Source of the DNA: Lingula anatina
Taxonomy: Eukaryota > Animalia > Brachiopoda
Reading direction: 5' to 3'
Assembly: GCA_051362555.1 (NCBI GenBank)
Contig: CM120643.1
Location: 17,488,848 to 17,552,847, forward strand
DNA: 64,000 nt
The translations under genes were made by a program, and so were the position numbers. The number at the start of each line of letters is the position of its first letter. Positions within the stretch are counted from its first letter, which is position 1. Under the pieces are notes generated by a model that saw nothing but the letters and a program-made list of their open reading frames with translations, searched no databases and was not told the DNA's origin. Positions 48,476 to 63,305 of this stretch are shown here, piece by piece.

Positions 48476-51400
48476 GGTTTGGTCAAATAACAAGACCAAA
48501 GGCATTAAATCAACCAGTCTGCCTGACCAGTGTGACCACAGCCATAACCCCTTGACACCAACACCAAGGGCCATTTTGTTTAAATGACCACTTAACTGAC
48601 ACCTACATGTGGTCACACTCCAACCTGCTTTTCTTAATGGAATTTCTTTTATGACCCAATGGTCAAACTATAGGACTTACCTGTGGCTAAAACACCCCAT
48701 AACCTTGGATTGTGAAGACTTTTATAAACTATAATCTTTCAAATTTAAAATTCTTGAAATATGCCAAAGTGTGGCCGATCCTTCTTTTTTTCTTATTTTT
48801 TTCCTCCCTAAGATGTAAATTTTTAAAATTTCTCACCAAGCTGCAATTCCACCTGGAATAAGGAAGAATGCCAGCCACTAAATTAAGATTGATTCTATAT
48901 CAAAATCAGCTTACAAAAGTCCAAAGTTTTAGTCCCAAAGTAGCTATAGAACCCACCCCTTAATAGAATCCATCTCTTTAAAATTAATGTTGAAATATCA
49001 AAATGTGTCACTATGGTCAACAAGATTGCAACTTTGCAGAAATTCCATCACGGAGCTGGGAGTACTTTTTTACACTTAAAAAAATAAAAAGTAAAATTAC
49101 ATCCTTATGCAACAACTCGGATAAGATAAAAGGCTGAACATTGGGCTAAAAAAAATCTGCCTATATGACCCCTGTAACTCCCAGTGTTTTGCTCCCTGCA
49201 ACTGTAACTCAGAAGACCCGAGCTTGACCTCCCCAATTCTCTTGCCACCAACTCCCAGTGTTTTGTTTAGGACACATGATAGTTTGGATGGTAAACACAG
49301 AGCAGGGTTTCTACTAATCTAGTGTGCACACTGTTACAGAGAGGAGATATGTTGCAAATTTTACCAGCTCAGAAAACAAACACTGGGGAAACATTTGCCC
49401 ACCAATGCTGCCTACTCTGGTAACTAAAGCGTGTTCACACATATTATTTCACGGTGTAGGGATGGAAAGGGGTAAAGGGGGGTGGAGGAGATGGGTGTGA
49501 TGTGGTTTCTGTAGAATACTGTTAAACACAAGTTGCTATATTAAATATACAGTGTATATAAATACAAAGTTATGAAGAATCCTTCACTGAATGATGACAT
49601 ATAATTCATACTCACAGTCCCTCGTATCTACTTACTGCACAATGCAACAGTCAGGAACGGCACATGAAAAGAGAAAAAGAGAAAACACATTGCATTAGAG
49701 GAGACAGTCAATGCAATCATGGATACTGATCACATCAAACGCAATCACAGAAATATATCATCTCTAAAGCAGTCAGGGCTAAAATCTTTTCAGCTTTTCT
49801 TTCACTGATTGCTATCCAAAACATGAAGTAAAAATTAATTCATTTTCCTTTCAGAAGGCCCAAAAACGATTTTAGTTCAATTAATAAATATTTGTGCTTC
49901 AAGATGGAAGACAATACATCAGAAAATTTCATGAAATCAAAACTGATAAATAAATATAAGACACTGAACAGCATCTGGTAAGAAAAAATCCACATATCAT
50001 TCATAAAATGCTCTTAATTAAAAACAATCATGAAATTTATTATACAAATCTTACTCATGTAAATGATTACTAGCAAACACAAAAAACATCACATCTTGTC
50101 TTACTTTGATATACTAATTGGACAGGTGTTATCTCCCGCCAGGTGTATGTTTATAAATCACCCTGAGACAAGCTAATTAACAATGTCAACAAACAGGTAA
50201 GAAGGCATCAATATAAATAAACACATGGGTACTTTCCATGTAGAACCAATATGGATCACCTTTCCAAAAACATCTTTAAATAAAGACAACCTCCAAGAAC
50301 TAGTGTACTTTTTAGAACTTTTAATATCTGGGATGCACGAAGTTTAAATATTTTAAGTTATTGATATCTCTATATTTGTATTAAAAGGTTACTGTATACA
50401 GTCCCCCTCCCCCCCCTCACCAGGTGTATTTATTTTAATAGAAAAATATATATGGAGACTTTCTCTTTTTATATCGCAAGATATTCTACTGAAGGTTTCT
50501 CCCTCACCTGGTTTATATCTATAAATATATTGCATGACTCATGTTTTTGTTAACTAACAAAGTCATCAAGCCTGAGCCATCAGATATATACACAGACATC
50601 CTACAACAGAGCCAACACACAAACTGGCCCCACTGGAAAAGGTGATAAGCAGTTAGTTATTAGAAAAAGCTTGGCACCAATGTCTTGTACATGAATATGT
50701 AACATACATGAGCAGTGTATGTCCCCCACCAGAAGAACAAATGATTGAACTAACTGCTTGGATCTAATTGCAGAAGACACATTCATAAGTGGAATGTATC
50801 ACTGAAAAGCACAGTCTATGGATCTTAGGACCAAAGCTTTGACAATCTGGCAAACTAAAGACAGCTTCAAAACTTCTTTATAGAAATAATATTCTGTGAA
50901 CTTATGTTCTAAATCTGAAAACTAAACTATGAGCACATAAAAGTTATTGCAAAATTTTATATCAATGTCCCTTTACAGGCCTCTAGTGGTATAAGAAAAC
51001 CCCACTGGAATTATGTATAATAAATGAAAATCCCACCAAAAAATTTAGAAACAACACTTGAATATTATTATATAAGTTTCTAAGTCAAAAATTCAACATA
51101 CCACTAACCAGAATCAAAACAATGAAGTAGTTAAATATGAAATTTTATTTCATTTATTATACATAATTTCATTAGGTTTGGTGATATATTTTTCATCCAT
51201 CCAATATAAACCAGAGACTCTCCTTAGTACTCAGTAACTGCACCCAGTGGCAGCGTATTGTTCCAATGCTCTCTCCACTCAACTGACTTCCCCACCTATA
51301 ATACCCCTTGTTTGTACTCCTGACAAGAGGCAAAGGTACAATAATAAAGACATAAAACTATCACCGGGCGCGTGTTAGACCGCAGCTACTAAGTCAACAA

Positions 51401-54400
51401 AAGTCCAATGTGTTTTTGTAGCCATAAAATGGGCAACAGGACAAGTGAAGGTCCAGAACTATGACTGCCTCATTACAAATCCAACTGAGGTGACTGTGTT
51501 TTATTGCACAGATGTCAAGAACAATGATATCTGCAGGCCAAAGAATACTTATAGTTTTTAAATGATGTTGCAGTTGATCTCAGTAAATTGAAAGGAAATT
51601 ATTGCAAGGTTATCTCATGAAAAATGTAAAAGTGTAATCCGGAATTGATCTGATAATCTTCTCAGTATTCAGGAACTTTTAAAAAATGAATGGCTGGTTG
51701 TTTCTAGGCGACTTTCCGTATTGGTCTCAGAGCAAAGCCATTGTCCTAAAACAAAATGTAGCAGACATATCTAAATGAGCTATCATCATATTTGAGAAAG
51801 CTCTACAAACACTGTCAAGACCCTCCTAATTTGCAATAGGGACTATGATAGGATTGAGAAACAAAACAAGGGCATCAACCTTTATGGCTCTTTTTTTGTT
51901 AGCTCTGACTCTAAGCAGTCTTTGGAAAAACAAACTTTTGATTTCTGTTGTTTAATGAAAGAGGCCTCTGCAAAGATGTGCAGTGCCTACTCCATCAAGA
52001 CCATGATCTATACAAACCACTCCATAACTACATAACCAACTGCCACACAAACATCATGGTAACACGGTGCACACATTTGTGATTCATATCTTCCAATTAT
52101 ATCTCTAAAATTATCAGATAATTATATCCGCTTATTTAAGCAAATATGAATTACTCCTATCTAGTATAAGACTGCCGTATTAGGTCAGCTGTGTCCCTTC
52201 TGTTCAGATGTAGTGACCCAAAGGTGTCCTGGTCACACCTGTAATATATACAATATTCTATGCACATAGGGCAAGGACCCCTTACCCATGCCCTAAGCCA
52301 GCTGCTTAGCAGATTTTTTTAAAGGTGACTTCTGCCTACACCAATGCCCCTTCCAACAAATAGTATTAACTTTTTGGTCTTGACTTACAAGTTGCCAAAT
52401 TAGGACAGCTGACCATGTTAAGTTGACTATCCATTTTTTTTTTTTTTTTTTGAGGGTTTGCAAATGACTGACCCACAATTAATAAAGTTGACAAGCCAAA
52501 ATGGACTACTCTAGCCACTTAAAAATAAAACATTGTCAAGAAAATCCAGCACTAAAAAAATAAGACACCGCCAAGAAAATCACAGATTGCTTTATGTGTT
52601 TTATCTAAAAGACTTCTAAAAAGAGTGGTAAGCAGCCTTTGTTGATCACAACTTAGCTAGGTCTTAGCAATCTTTGCTGTGACAGACTTTTGGCTTTCTG
52701 TTGTTTTTGCACAACAGGCAGGAAAAAACTTTTTCTCTTCTCTGTTCTTTATATATTATCTTTATATAATATGTTATATATTATAACCTGGCAGCCCTTT
52801 TTGGTCAACTGCCCACACAATAGCCAATCCCCCTGACCACTGGCCTGAGGGACAGCACTGGATGAACTGGCCACTGTTACTTAATAAAAGAATAACCAAT
52901 TGACAATATATGCTACATATGGTTTTTCTGAAATCAAAAATTATAGGTATACATGTTCTATCAACAGGTATGTCATAAATGGATCAAACAAATCATATCA
53001 TCAATGCTACTTGATTTTCCAAACTGGGACTGCATTTTGGGGACAGTGTAGTTATCACTGGATGAGCAGCCAGGAGAACCTACTGTGATGGTCAGATAAT
53101 GTACCTGTATACAGGGGTCACAGTTATGGACACTGGCAATATCTATGCCTATATCACAGTTTCTATAGTATTTCAGATAAGCTACTATACCTGTTTTGCT
53201 ACACTGTGACATTTGAAAATGTTTGTTTTTAATATAATAAAAACCACAGGTACATATTATGTTCTACATGTTGCATTGATGAATAGGATACAGAAACGAC
53301 AGTTATAGATCTACTAGTTGATAACAATTACATCAATTCTGCTTAAATAAATTAAGCAGCAGAAAAAAAATCAAATTTGCATGCTCATCATTTCCCCTTT
53401 AAACATCCACAAAACAAACCTAAATTTACATGACATACGTACAGATATGTACATCTGAGCTAGTACTACCAAGTATGATACTACACTTCAACTGGGGTAG
53501 CATTTATTCATGTCATATTTACTTACTTCTTGTTGTAATATCACACATGGGACTCACTGTCAAAGTAATAATCTTTACACAGCCAAAAATAAACAATATC
53601 AATCAATAATAGTGAGTAACACTTGGCCTCCATGGCATGAATAACTCAAAGAGTACAAATCCCCAAGCTGAATGTCATGGACATGTAAAAATTAATTTAT
53701 AAGGATTTTCAGTAACTTCACGTTATGTCTTTGTTTGTTGGTAATTTTCATTCATTGCTAAATATGCACAGTTCTGCACATGAAATACCATTTCATTATT
53801 ATTATTTCTTGCATTTATGTCATCTATCCTGTTTAATAGTAATGACAAGCAAACAGGTCAGACATTTCCCTCTCTCTCTAACAAGCAAAGGATTCCTCCT
53901 CCAAAAAGGAAGATATGATACACAGTATTTTTTTTTTATCTAAACCAATGGACTTAAATATGATAGAATCATCAAGTCTACATCTGTTAGTACCAGAAAT
54001 CCATCCTTACAGTCAAATAGTTGCATTATCTATCACTTACAAGCTAAATGACCTTTAACCTAATTATGGATTAATGACCTTCAACCTAATTATTTGATAT
54101 ATTTCCCCCTTCAAGGGTCAAGAGACTAACGATGCTACCACTGTCTAGGAACATTATCTTACCCAGAAACTACTGCCATGTCCCATTGGACCCATGTCTT
54201 ACCTGATATCCTTTCATATATATATATATATTTAGAAGTTCCAGTTTCATTATCTTCCCATCAGCACATGTTCAACACAGTACTAGTAAATATAAGCAAC
54301 TTGTACACAAAAATTTCTGTACTTTTTTTAATCCCATCATTTCAGTCTTATAGTATTTTGATAAACATCCCCCCCCCCCCCCCCACACACACACACCTTT

Positions 54401-55438
54401 TTCAACCCTGTATTTTTTGGAGGAATGAAAAACTGGACAAAGATTTTGTTTCCATGGCAACAGTTTAATAAATGCCCCCCCCCCCCAAAAAAAAAAAAAA
54501 AAGGAAAAAAAAAAAAAGAAAAAGAAAAAAATGGCAAGCCTCATGCCACACATGTTAAGCTAATGCTGATACAAGTGTTTGAAATCTCTGGCCTAATTCA
54601 ATCCATGAAAAGCAAATAAATAGAAGCAACAACAAGAAAAAAATACCCAGATGCATGACAACATGTTAAGATCATAAGTTCTGAAATAATTTCAGGTTCT
54701 GAAAATACTACAACCCACGGAACATGCACTTCAAATAAATATAATAGATTTTCAAATCTATTAAATTTCTTAAGTATTTGAGGGGGACAATAAATACCCG
54801 AGACCTCCTCACCTCTCTCTCATCTCTCTGGATCTAAGTTATCATTAAGTAGTAGTACCAGACAAGAATGAATAAAAAATGCCTGGTGATCTATTTTGGC
54901 ATTCTGATGGGTAGAAGGCATGTGACCTACCCATCCAAAGGTCACGCCACTGGAGTGCACTCGTTTGTGGCTTTGTTGTGTTCACGCTACCACATTTCGG
55001 GGAGAGAAACTGTCCTCTCTGTACTGGGTTTACGGCCTATGGTCAGTTCGGACAAGGACTTCTTTGAAGTGGGTATCAGGCTATGGTAAAACTAGTCTGT
55101 TCCAAAATAATCATGTGGGAATGTATCAAAACAGATATGAGCTAACAAGGTAGAGAAGCTTGATTTTTTTTGGTCTGACTGATATAGTTTATCAATTCTA
55201 ATCTTAATGTACAACATGGTCGTATATGATCTATACATAGCTGGGATTGTTGAGATGAGCCAATCTTTGCTGACGATGTCTTTTTACATGCTAGAAAATG
55301 TCACCATGGATTGGTGTCACCAAGAACTTGTGCCTAAAGCAGTGACATGCTCTTTACTGTCTGTATACATATGTCTGATATGTTTGAATGTGGCAAAGTA
55401 ATTTTTTTTCTTGTGGCCATCCCCCATCTACCCCCCCT

Positions 55439-55472
<34 letters not shown>

Positions 55473-58400
55473 AATAGTCTGCAGCTCAGTCATACCCCAT
55501 TAATATAATTAACCACTGAACATGATATTCTATTTGGCAAACAACATGACATAACTGGTCGCACACTTTTAGCAGTGAAGGAAAAACACTTTCCGTCAAT
55601 TAACATGCCAAACAAAATAACTCCCCTGTCTAAACAGTTTCACAGTACTGGAAATATTTCCAGGAAATCCTGGCAGATATCAACTACAGATTTTTAGCCC
55701 TTTTTTGTCTAAATTTTAGACTAAAAGTTCATTCTTCTTTTTTTCTTGATATATTAGTAGGACACTTAAAAAGGGGAAAATTGGTCTAAAATCCTAGTGA
55801 TTTTTTTCCTTTTTTGGTGCAATATTTCATCTAACTTGCCTGCTTAAAAATTGTATTAACACATTACTTCTGTTGCGTCTAGCTCAGAGCGTGTGAGCTT
55901 TCCTCAAAACGATAGATCTATGACTCAGTCATGAATTTTCTTTTGCATTCAGGTTTATTCTATTGTTACCATTCATATAAGCAGCAAAATGTAAACATTG
56001 TGAGCGTGTGTCATAATGTTCAAAATGCAACCAAAGTCTGTTTCATAGAGCATTTCAATAATTCAACCACTCTCCGTATTTTTAATACCCAAAGGCAATC
56101 TGCACCTGCTAGAAGCTATCTGTCTACTGAAGGGAGTCAACACAAATGCGAACCAACACAAAAGAAGCAGTCTGTAGTACTCTAGTCTTTAATTCAGTGA
56201 AATTCAAATTAAGCTGATTAGAACTATAAAGGGCTCACTAAAGAACAAAATTTTCCTTAGCCAAATAAGAAATTTGACCTAAACCAATACTGAATTGACT
56301 AAAAATGCAAAATTCTTCATTCTTCCCAAAGCCATGGTATCTTTATCATTTAACTAACATTTCTAAGATGCAAATTAGACCCAATATAATTACACACATA
56401 TACTTTAAATTTGCACCAATAAAGAGTACACCCTAATTGAAAAGAAAAGTTTTACATGTTTTCACATGAAAAAAGTGCATGTTAACCTTGAATAGACTTA
56501 AGTATCGCAAAGCTGTTTTCACAATAAAAAATACACCTTCACATTTCATGCACGAGAATACACATATAGAAAATGAATATCACAGTAAGAGATATGCCAA
56601 ATGTTGGTTTATGCAACTGAAAACTCAACATAACAGCCTGAGTAAGAAACTGACAAGGTCAACAAGTTTTTATCTAAGACTTTTCTTTTGATATATATGT
56701 ACTAGTATATACGAATACTTTGAACCAGGTTCCACAGCTCTTAAAGCTAGACAGCAAACACAGCAAGTGGCACATTCTAAGGTAAGTGCCTTGCCTTTGA
56801 AATGCCTCCAATGAAATTAAGCTGCACATCAATATTCAATTACAACAGACAAAGGATGGTCGAGGTAATTTGCTCTAACTCCAGCTTACAACAGCATGTG
56901 TACTCCATAGCAAAACATTATTGTAAGGCCGATTGGATTTGTTCAACTTTGAAACAATGAGAGAGGGAAATTAAGAAGTCTAAATATACAACGAAATCAC
57001 CCAGAAAGAAGAATGTATTCAGAAACAGACGCCATCCTTCAAGTCTTACATTTTCCACAAAACAACTAAGTGAAGGACATCCTGCCTTTAAAACAGAAGT
57101 AAATGCATTATACAAGCACCAAAATTGAATCTGAAATGTACTGATTTCTCTTATGTTTGTTAATGTTTAGTCAATATGCGTACTAGTAATACCTTTGTGC
57201 GCTGCAAATGATAAAGGGCAAAAGAATTTTACCAACCAAAACAAAGAAGTTAAAACATCCAAGATTGCACCATTCAAAAGTGAGTTTTAATAAAGAAAGC
57301 CATGTTACCCCCTATCTAGGACTTGCAAACACATCAACTTAAAATTAAGATTATAATAGTAATAACAACAAAAAATCTATTACACATTATGAAATGAATT
57401 TCAATTTTTGGTCATCACAAAGAAATCCAGACGGCGTACCTGATTCCATAGCCTGTGCCTTCTTCTGGTAAATTTAACACATAGTCGACTCTCCACCTGC
57501 TTCATTCAAGTCTACAGTCTAAAACCCAACATACTCTGTCATCTACAGGCTAAGCTTCCAGCCACTGTCAGAAGGCAGCTGAGTTTGTAGCTCTAATTTT
57601 GAAAATCTTTCCCAAACAGGCTTTGACACAAAATCAAAAATGTTCCCTGCTACTAAAAACTTTCACACTCGCTGAGCTGAGAACTCGATAGCCACAAAGA
57701 GGTAGCTCAGCACACACCTTGCTGAGTGTGCTGGTCTTGAGATTTCTCTGCCCTGAGTATGTCTGGTGGAGAGCAGACTCCAAACAAACACAAGGTACCC
57801 AGCCTAAAGTTTACCTTTATAACCACAATATTAATCAATCTCCCTTTTTAAGACTCTAGTTAATAAAGATCTGGCAAAAAGAAAACTGCCATAGAAATGT
57901 CTTCATCGCTGACAAAACATAACCCAGGTCATAAACCTTGCTATTTTACCCTGTCTTAACAGAGATGAAAGGGATAAATTTCCTTTACTTTTTTTTTCTT
58001 CAATCTCCAAACAGACACATCTGCAGCATCACTAAAAATGCATAATTTAGGTCATAATTTTTTCTATTTTTGCCCTGTATGATATTCAACAGACAATATT
58101 TCTTTATAAATATCCCCAAAACCAACAGATAAATATCTATCTGATTGATATAATCTATAGCCTTCCTCATATACCTCAACACCTGCCATGAAGTTATATT
58201 TGGTTCAGTTCTTAACCAAATTGAAAAAAAAATAAAATAAAGTGATTTCATTATAATCACAATGTTGCAATACAGATCTATATAAACACCTATCCTTTCT
58301 CAATAATCCTGAACATGAATAAAATCAAGAGGAATTGGACTCCCAATATTACCACCAACTGAGCCTACATTCATTAAAGATGCAGGTCCACAAAGTGCAT

Positions 58401-61400
58401 TACAACCAGAAGAGAATCCCCCACTTGATAATTCCTCAGACATCCACATGCCCCTTCTACTCAACCCTGTCTGGCTGAGCCAGCTTCACCATGGCAAATT
58501 GACATGTAATGCCAAAAATCTAGATTTATATGACTGCTAAATGCTGTTATCGCATTAAACTGAGCCAGTGATTAAAAAAGGAAAAACACTTGTGCTTGTA
58601 AAAGATTTATAAACTGGAAACTGTATACATTCTGACGAAACAAAAAAGAACAGTAATTGGTTTGGCAACCCAGTTTGATAAAATAAAATCTTTCATGCTT
58701 TAAACACGACAAACATTTCGCTTTTTGACAAGAAAACTTAAGGATCATAAGTTTTATATACTTTGCCAAGATCGTAACCTTAATTGTGAATGATATTATT
58801 CAGGAGAAGCTTTTAGCTAACTGCAAACAATCAAAATACAGGTCGAAACAATACCTCTATCCAGACTCTGTCAGTCTAGATCTATCACTGGAAAGAAAAA
58901 AAACTCTACTAAGCCTGGTAAAGATCACTTCTATCTAATTAAATTATGATGTCAAACGCAGCAGATTTATACAACCTGTTTTATATGCACCCACTGGCAT
59001 CTGCTTTTGCTTAAAAGAAGACAAAATTACACAGGTAGAAAATTGCTAAAAACCTTCTTATGATCTTTCAACCGAGTCCAAAAAGGCAACCCTTTTGCTT
59101 GCTGGTCAGTCAGATAGTGCAGCTCCTTTTGCAAAATGGAGCTGACATGTGCCACTAACAAAGAGCCAGCAGACTACCAAGCACCCAATATTTCAGTTAC
59201 AATTGCAAAATCAATCTATTACTGGTCCATCAAATTCACTTTTATAAACCAGAGAGGTTGCAGACCCCCAACGAGGAAATGGTGTTTAAAAATTTTAAAA
59301 ACATCAAAAATATATAATAAAATTTAAGTTTAAGTTGTCATTGCTTCTTTGTCCATCCAGGTAAATTCATTAAAATTTGTGGACAATTTTAAAATATACC
59401 TTGTCTGCTAACAAATAGACACAAACCAACCACAATGAAAAAAGACAAAAAAAAAAAAAAAACATTTTTCTAAATGATTTTTCTGAACGTATGGTAGACT
59501 AATCTTTCTTTTTCCATGCCGTTTACTTGACTTATCTCCATAGTTAAAAAGCCACACAAATTAAGTGGCCATACAAAGAACTTCGCGCCTGCAAAATCCC
59601 CCTGAGTTCAATTTAAGCGGAATAATTTGCTAGATGACTAATAACCACTGGACTAAAAGATAAGATAGGCCAGGCAAGTAGCACACACTTGACAGACAAA
59701 GAAATATGCTTTGGAACATTTTACAAGTATTGATTATGCAATATCATTTTATCTCAACTTCAAAAGTTTTTTTCTTTGTTTTTAGCTATGCAATGGGACA
59801 ACAATGACACAAAGGTTAAGTTGTATTTGCCATGCAGTTGTCAGTACCATCTAACCAGATATATGTTTGCAATGTCTGACCATCCCCACCATTCATTGTG
59901 CAACAAATGCAAAATCAATCATAATGATTTTAGGGGAAATGCGGATATGATCAACTCTTAATAGTGAATAACTGTTCACACGTACTATATTACTATAATT
60001 TCAGGTCCTCATAAATGTGCCATTTATGCTCTGAAACACTGACGTTTTCCTCCCTTTCATATCAAACTACAGAGCATATGGTTCCAACATATTATGCCCT
60101 AATTATCAAATTAACCTGAACCTGTATATTATCTCATTTTAAATTTCTGGCAACATAATCAATGCAATAAGTGTGGTATTATTTTATGAAGAGGATAAAT
60201 TTCAGACAAAGCATTATTGATGTTTCATCAGCTTTTGTTTTAATTCCAATCATACTTTCAGTACAGACAAGCCCTGGTGCTTTGAGCTGAATGTCAAAGC
60301 CCTGTTGTCACAACTACTACATATTATCTTAGGCCGTAAGATACAGTAATCATTACACCTCTTGCTTTTTTATGCCAGGAAATATGAACCCAAATGGGCC
60401 ATTTTATGTGCCTACTAATTTAACCCTATTAATTCAAATTAATCATTACCTTCAGCTACTGCCACTGGCAAACATTTTCAGTGTAAGACCAGAAGCACCC
60501 ACGGAAAGCCAAGTGACCAGGTAGCAAGCAGCCATTAGGTAAAAGTCCCCAACGCAACATTCCAATGTGACACTCAGATATATCAAGTGTCCTCTTCTGT
60601 GACAAAGTTGAGCTGCCTACATCATGTTTGTGATGTAATTTTTATTCTGTGCCATATTTAAATGCCCCTGAATGTTTGGCTCCCAGGCAAGGGCAAAATT
60701 CCAAACAAGCCATATTTATATGATCTGAATTCATATGAAGGAAAGATAAATCTCCCCCCACCCCACATACATTTTAGAGTACTCCTTTCTTCTTTTCAAT
60801 TTTAATATTTCTTTTGTATATATTGAAATAATACAAAACTAAATAGAAATGAAACTCAGTGGCATTTGAAAGGAGGCAGTTCCTCTTAGGCTATTATTAT
60901 AAGAAATTCAATCAAACTATTATGCAGTGCCTCAGTTCTTCTGTGTCACTTTCATATCTATTATATCATTCTGGCCCAACTGCTCACTTTTGCTTACCCA
61001 ATACTAAACCAACCATCACATAAATCAATTTAATTTTCAAGAGTAATATTTGACAAACTTTTAAAAATACAATGACACAGATACTCCTGGGTTTTAAAAA
61101 GCATGTGGCACTGTTAATCTCTTAATCTCTCTCTGCTGCTTATCTGAAGAGTTTTGTCCACATTTCCCCTCAGTTTACTAAACAGGAAGATGATCACTGC
61201 TGTGTTTCCTGTTTAAAAAATTATCGGAAATATTTGCCACTTAAAAATCAAAAACAGGAAGTTCAATCACTGCACACTGGGTTTGACTTGAGGTTGTCAT
61301 TTTTTGTTTCAAGATATTAAACCCATTCTTCTCCATTAAGCCTTTCTGGTATCATTCTTTTTAAATCTTCGCTAAAAATAAAATACATTAATGGCATATT

Positions 61401-61994
61401 AAGGGACAGAAGTTTTATGACCTTTGAACGACATGAAACATGGCATTTGCGTCATTCAATTTTCAAAATGACTCTAAACACCGCATGCTGTTTTATAGAC
61501 ACTTTCTGAATATCACTTTTTTATTTATTTATTTATTTTTTTTTTATAAATGGAATATCTATAATATACACACATCTGAAGTGACATGTGTATTCTAATT
61601 AACTCCTGTTAGCTAACAGTTGGACCTTGTTATAATGGGAGCTGGAATGCCTGAAATGATCTTGGCAGCAGAATTAGATGAATACCTTAAGTGTAAATGA
61701 AGTATAGCATGCATCAGCCTGAGGCACTGTCCATATGTTATTACATACTGAGATACATCTTTCCAGTGAGACATCAATAACAGGGCTGATTCACTCCCCA
61801 CTGAACAGCAGTAATTTGGTACCAGTTCTAGAATCAGTCTACAGTAAGTTCTTTATACGAACCTATCAATAAAATTGTAATTTGGAGCTAATTCTGGACT
61901 AGTCTGTGGTCAGTCCTATATCAGACCAAATCACTAGAATTGTGATCTGGAATCAGTTCTAGACTAGTTAGCTAGTCTATAATCAGTTTTTTAT

Positions 61995-63305
61995 CAGTGC
62001 CTACCACTAGAATTATTACTTGGAATCAGTTCTAGACCTGTCTAGTGATAAGAAGTTTTTCTAGTGATATTTCAAAACAGGGCCAACTATCTTATATCAG
62101 CCTAAAGTCAAGTCTTCTTGTAAAAAAAAAATCGTTAAATTAGTGCCATTTCAATGGAGTTGTAACTTAGAACCAGTTAAGGTCTACAATCAGACATGGG
62201 CATTCCCATGTATAAGGACAATGTTCTGCTAAGGTTGCTTAGTCCACATTATTGATCAAATACCTGACATGAGCAGGCTAAGCTTTGCCCTTTTTCTCCA
62301 CTTTTTTTACAGATTCTATGTGAAACTGGGCCCAGTCCTAATGCAGCCCTGATCATATCTAGTGTGAATTTACAGGAAGTATCTTTGTGACTAAATTGAA
62401 TCATGGACTTGCGGGTAAAAAAGACGAGTAATCAATTTTCCTCCTCAGATCTTTGGCTTGTTAATCTAATCCAGGGCATCCCAGCTGTTCTGGGTCTTTC
62501 TTTTTCTGTCGAAAAATACCTCAGAAGAAGAACTTTTCAAGCTCGTTTTCATGGATCAAATTTATTGATCCCTGTAAAATAAAATCAGATAATCAATTTA
62601 AACTATCCTGTGTGCATGGGGGAAGTGTGAAAAGAGCCAACCATTCACAAATGATACATACTTTATTTAGATCAAACATTTTTTGGTAGTTTACTTTTAC
62701 TTAAAGTTAATAATGACAACAAAAATAATTTCCCTTGTACATCTAATTGCATGTGTCTGTCAGTTAGTATAAAAGTAATAATGATATTCAGTTGGAATTC
62801 GATGTATTCAATTACATTTACAGTCTCTACATTACACATTACTAATACACATTAATATGCAAGCTATATTTCATTTACAAATTTTGATGATTGACATTAA
62901 GTCAATTCACAAAGTCAAAAGTCAAATGGCATAAATACTAATAACTACATGATTTAGTATACAATTTTTATAGTACCCAAATATCCAAACAACTTCTTAT
63001 GCATCATCCATAAGGCATAGGCATAACAGCATTTGTCAAGCATAACAACACAGCAAGATATCATTCTCCCTGGCCAAAATATATGATAAGCATTGTCCAC
63101 AAGCCATATACTGTAAACAATAATTTCATCACTGAAAAATAGCTGTGACAGCATCCTCCCTACATTTACAGTGACTACCAATAGAATTATAACTTGGAAT
63201 CAGTTCTAGACCTGTCTAGTGATAATAAGTTTTTCTAGTGATATTTCAAAACAGGGCCAACTATCTTATATCAGCCTAAAGTCAAGTCTTCTTGTAAAAA
63301 AAAAA
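61995..63305 (+). repeat. Near-identical ~137-bp direct duplication (61995-62131 and 63169-63305)
   Basis: cagtg.ctacca.tagaattat.acttggaatcagttctagacctgtctagtgataa...cagggccaactatcttatatcagcctaaagtcaagtcttcttgt(a)n occurs twice, 1174 bp apart. Confidence 0.9.

Noticed and set aside
48681-48686. 6-nt microexon ttttag|CCACAG|gtaagt on minus
   Set aside because: The donor is strong but the polypyrimidine tract is weak and there is no other support; such matches occur by chance in long introns.
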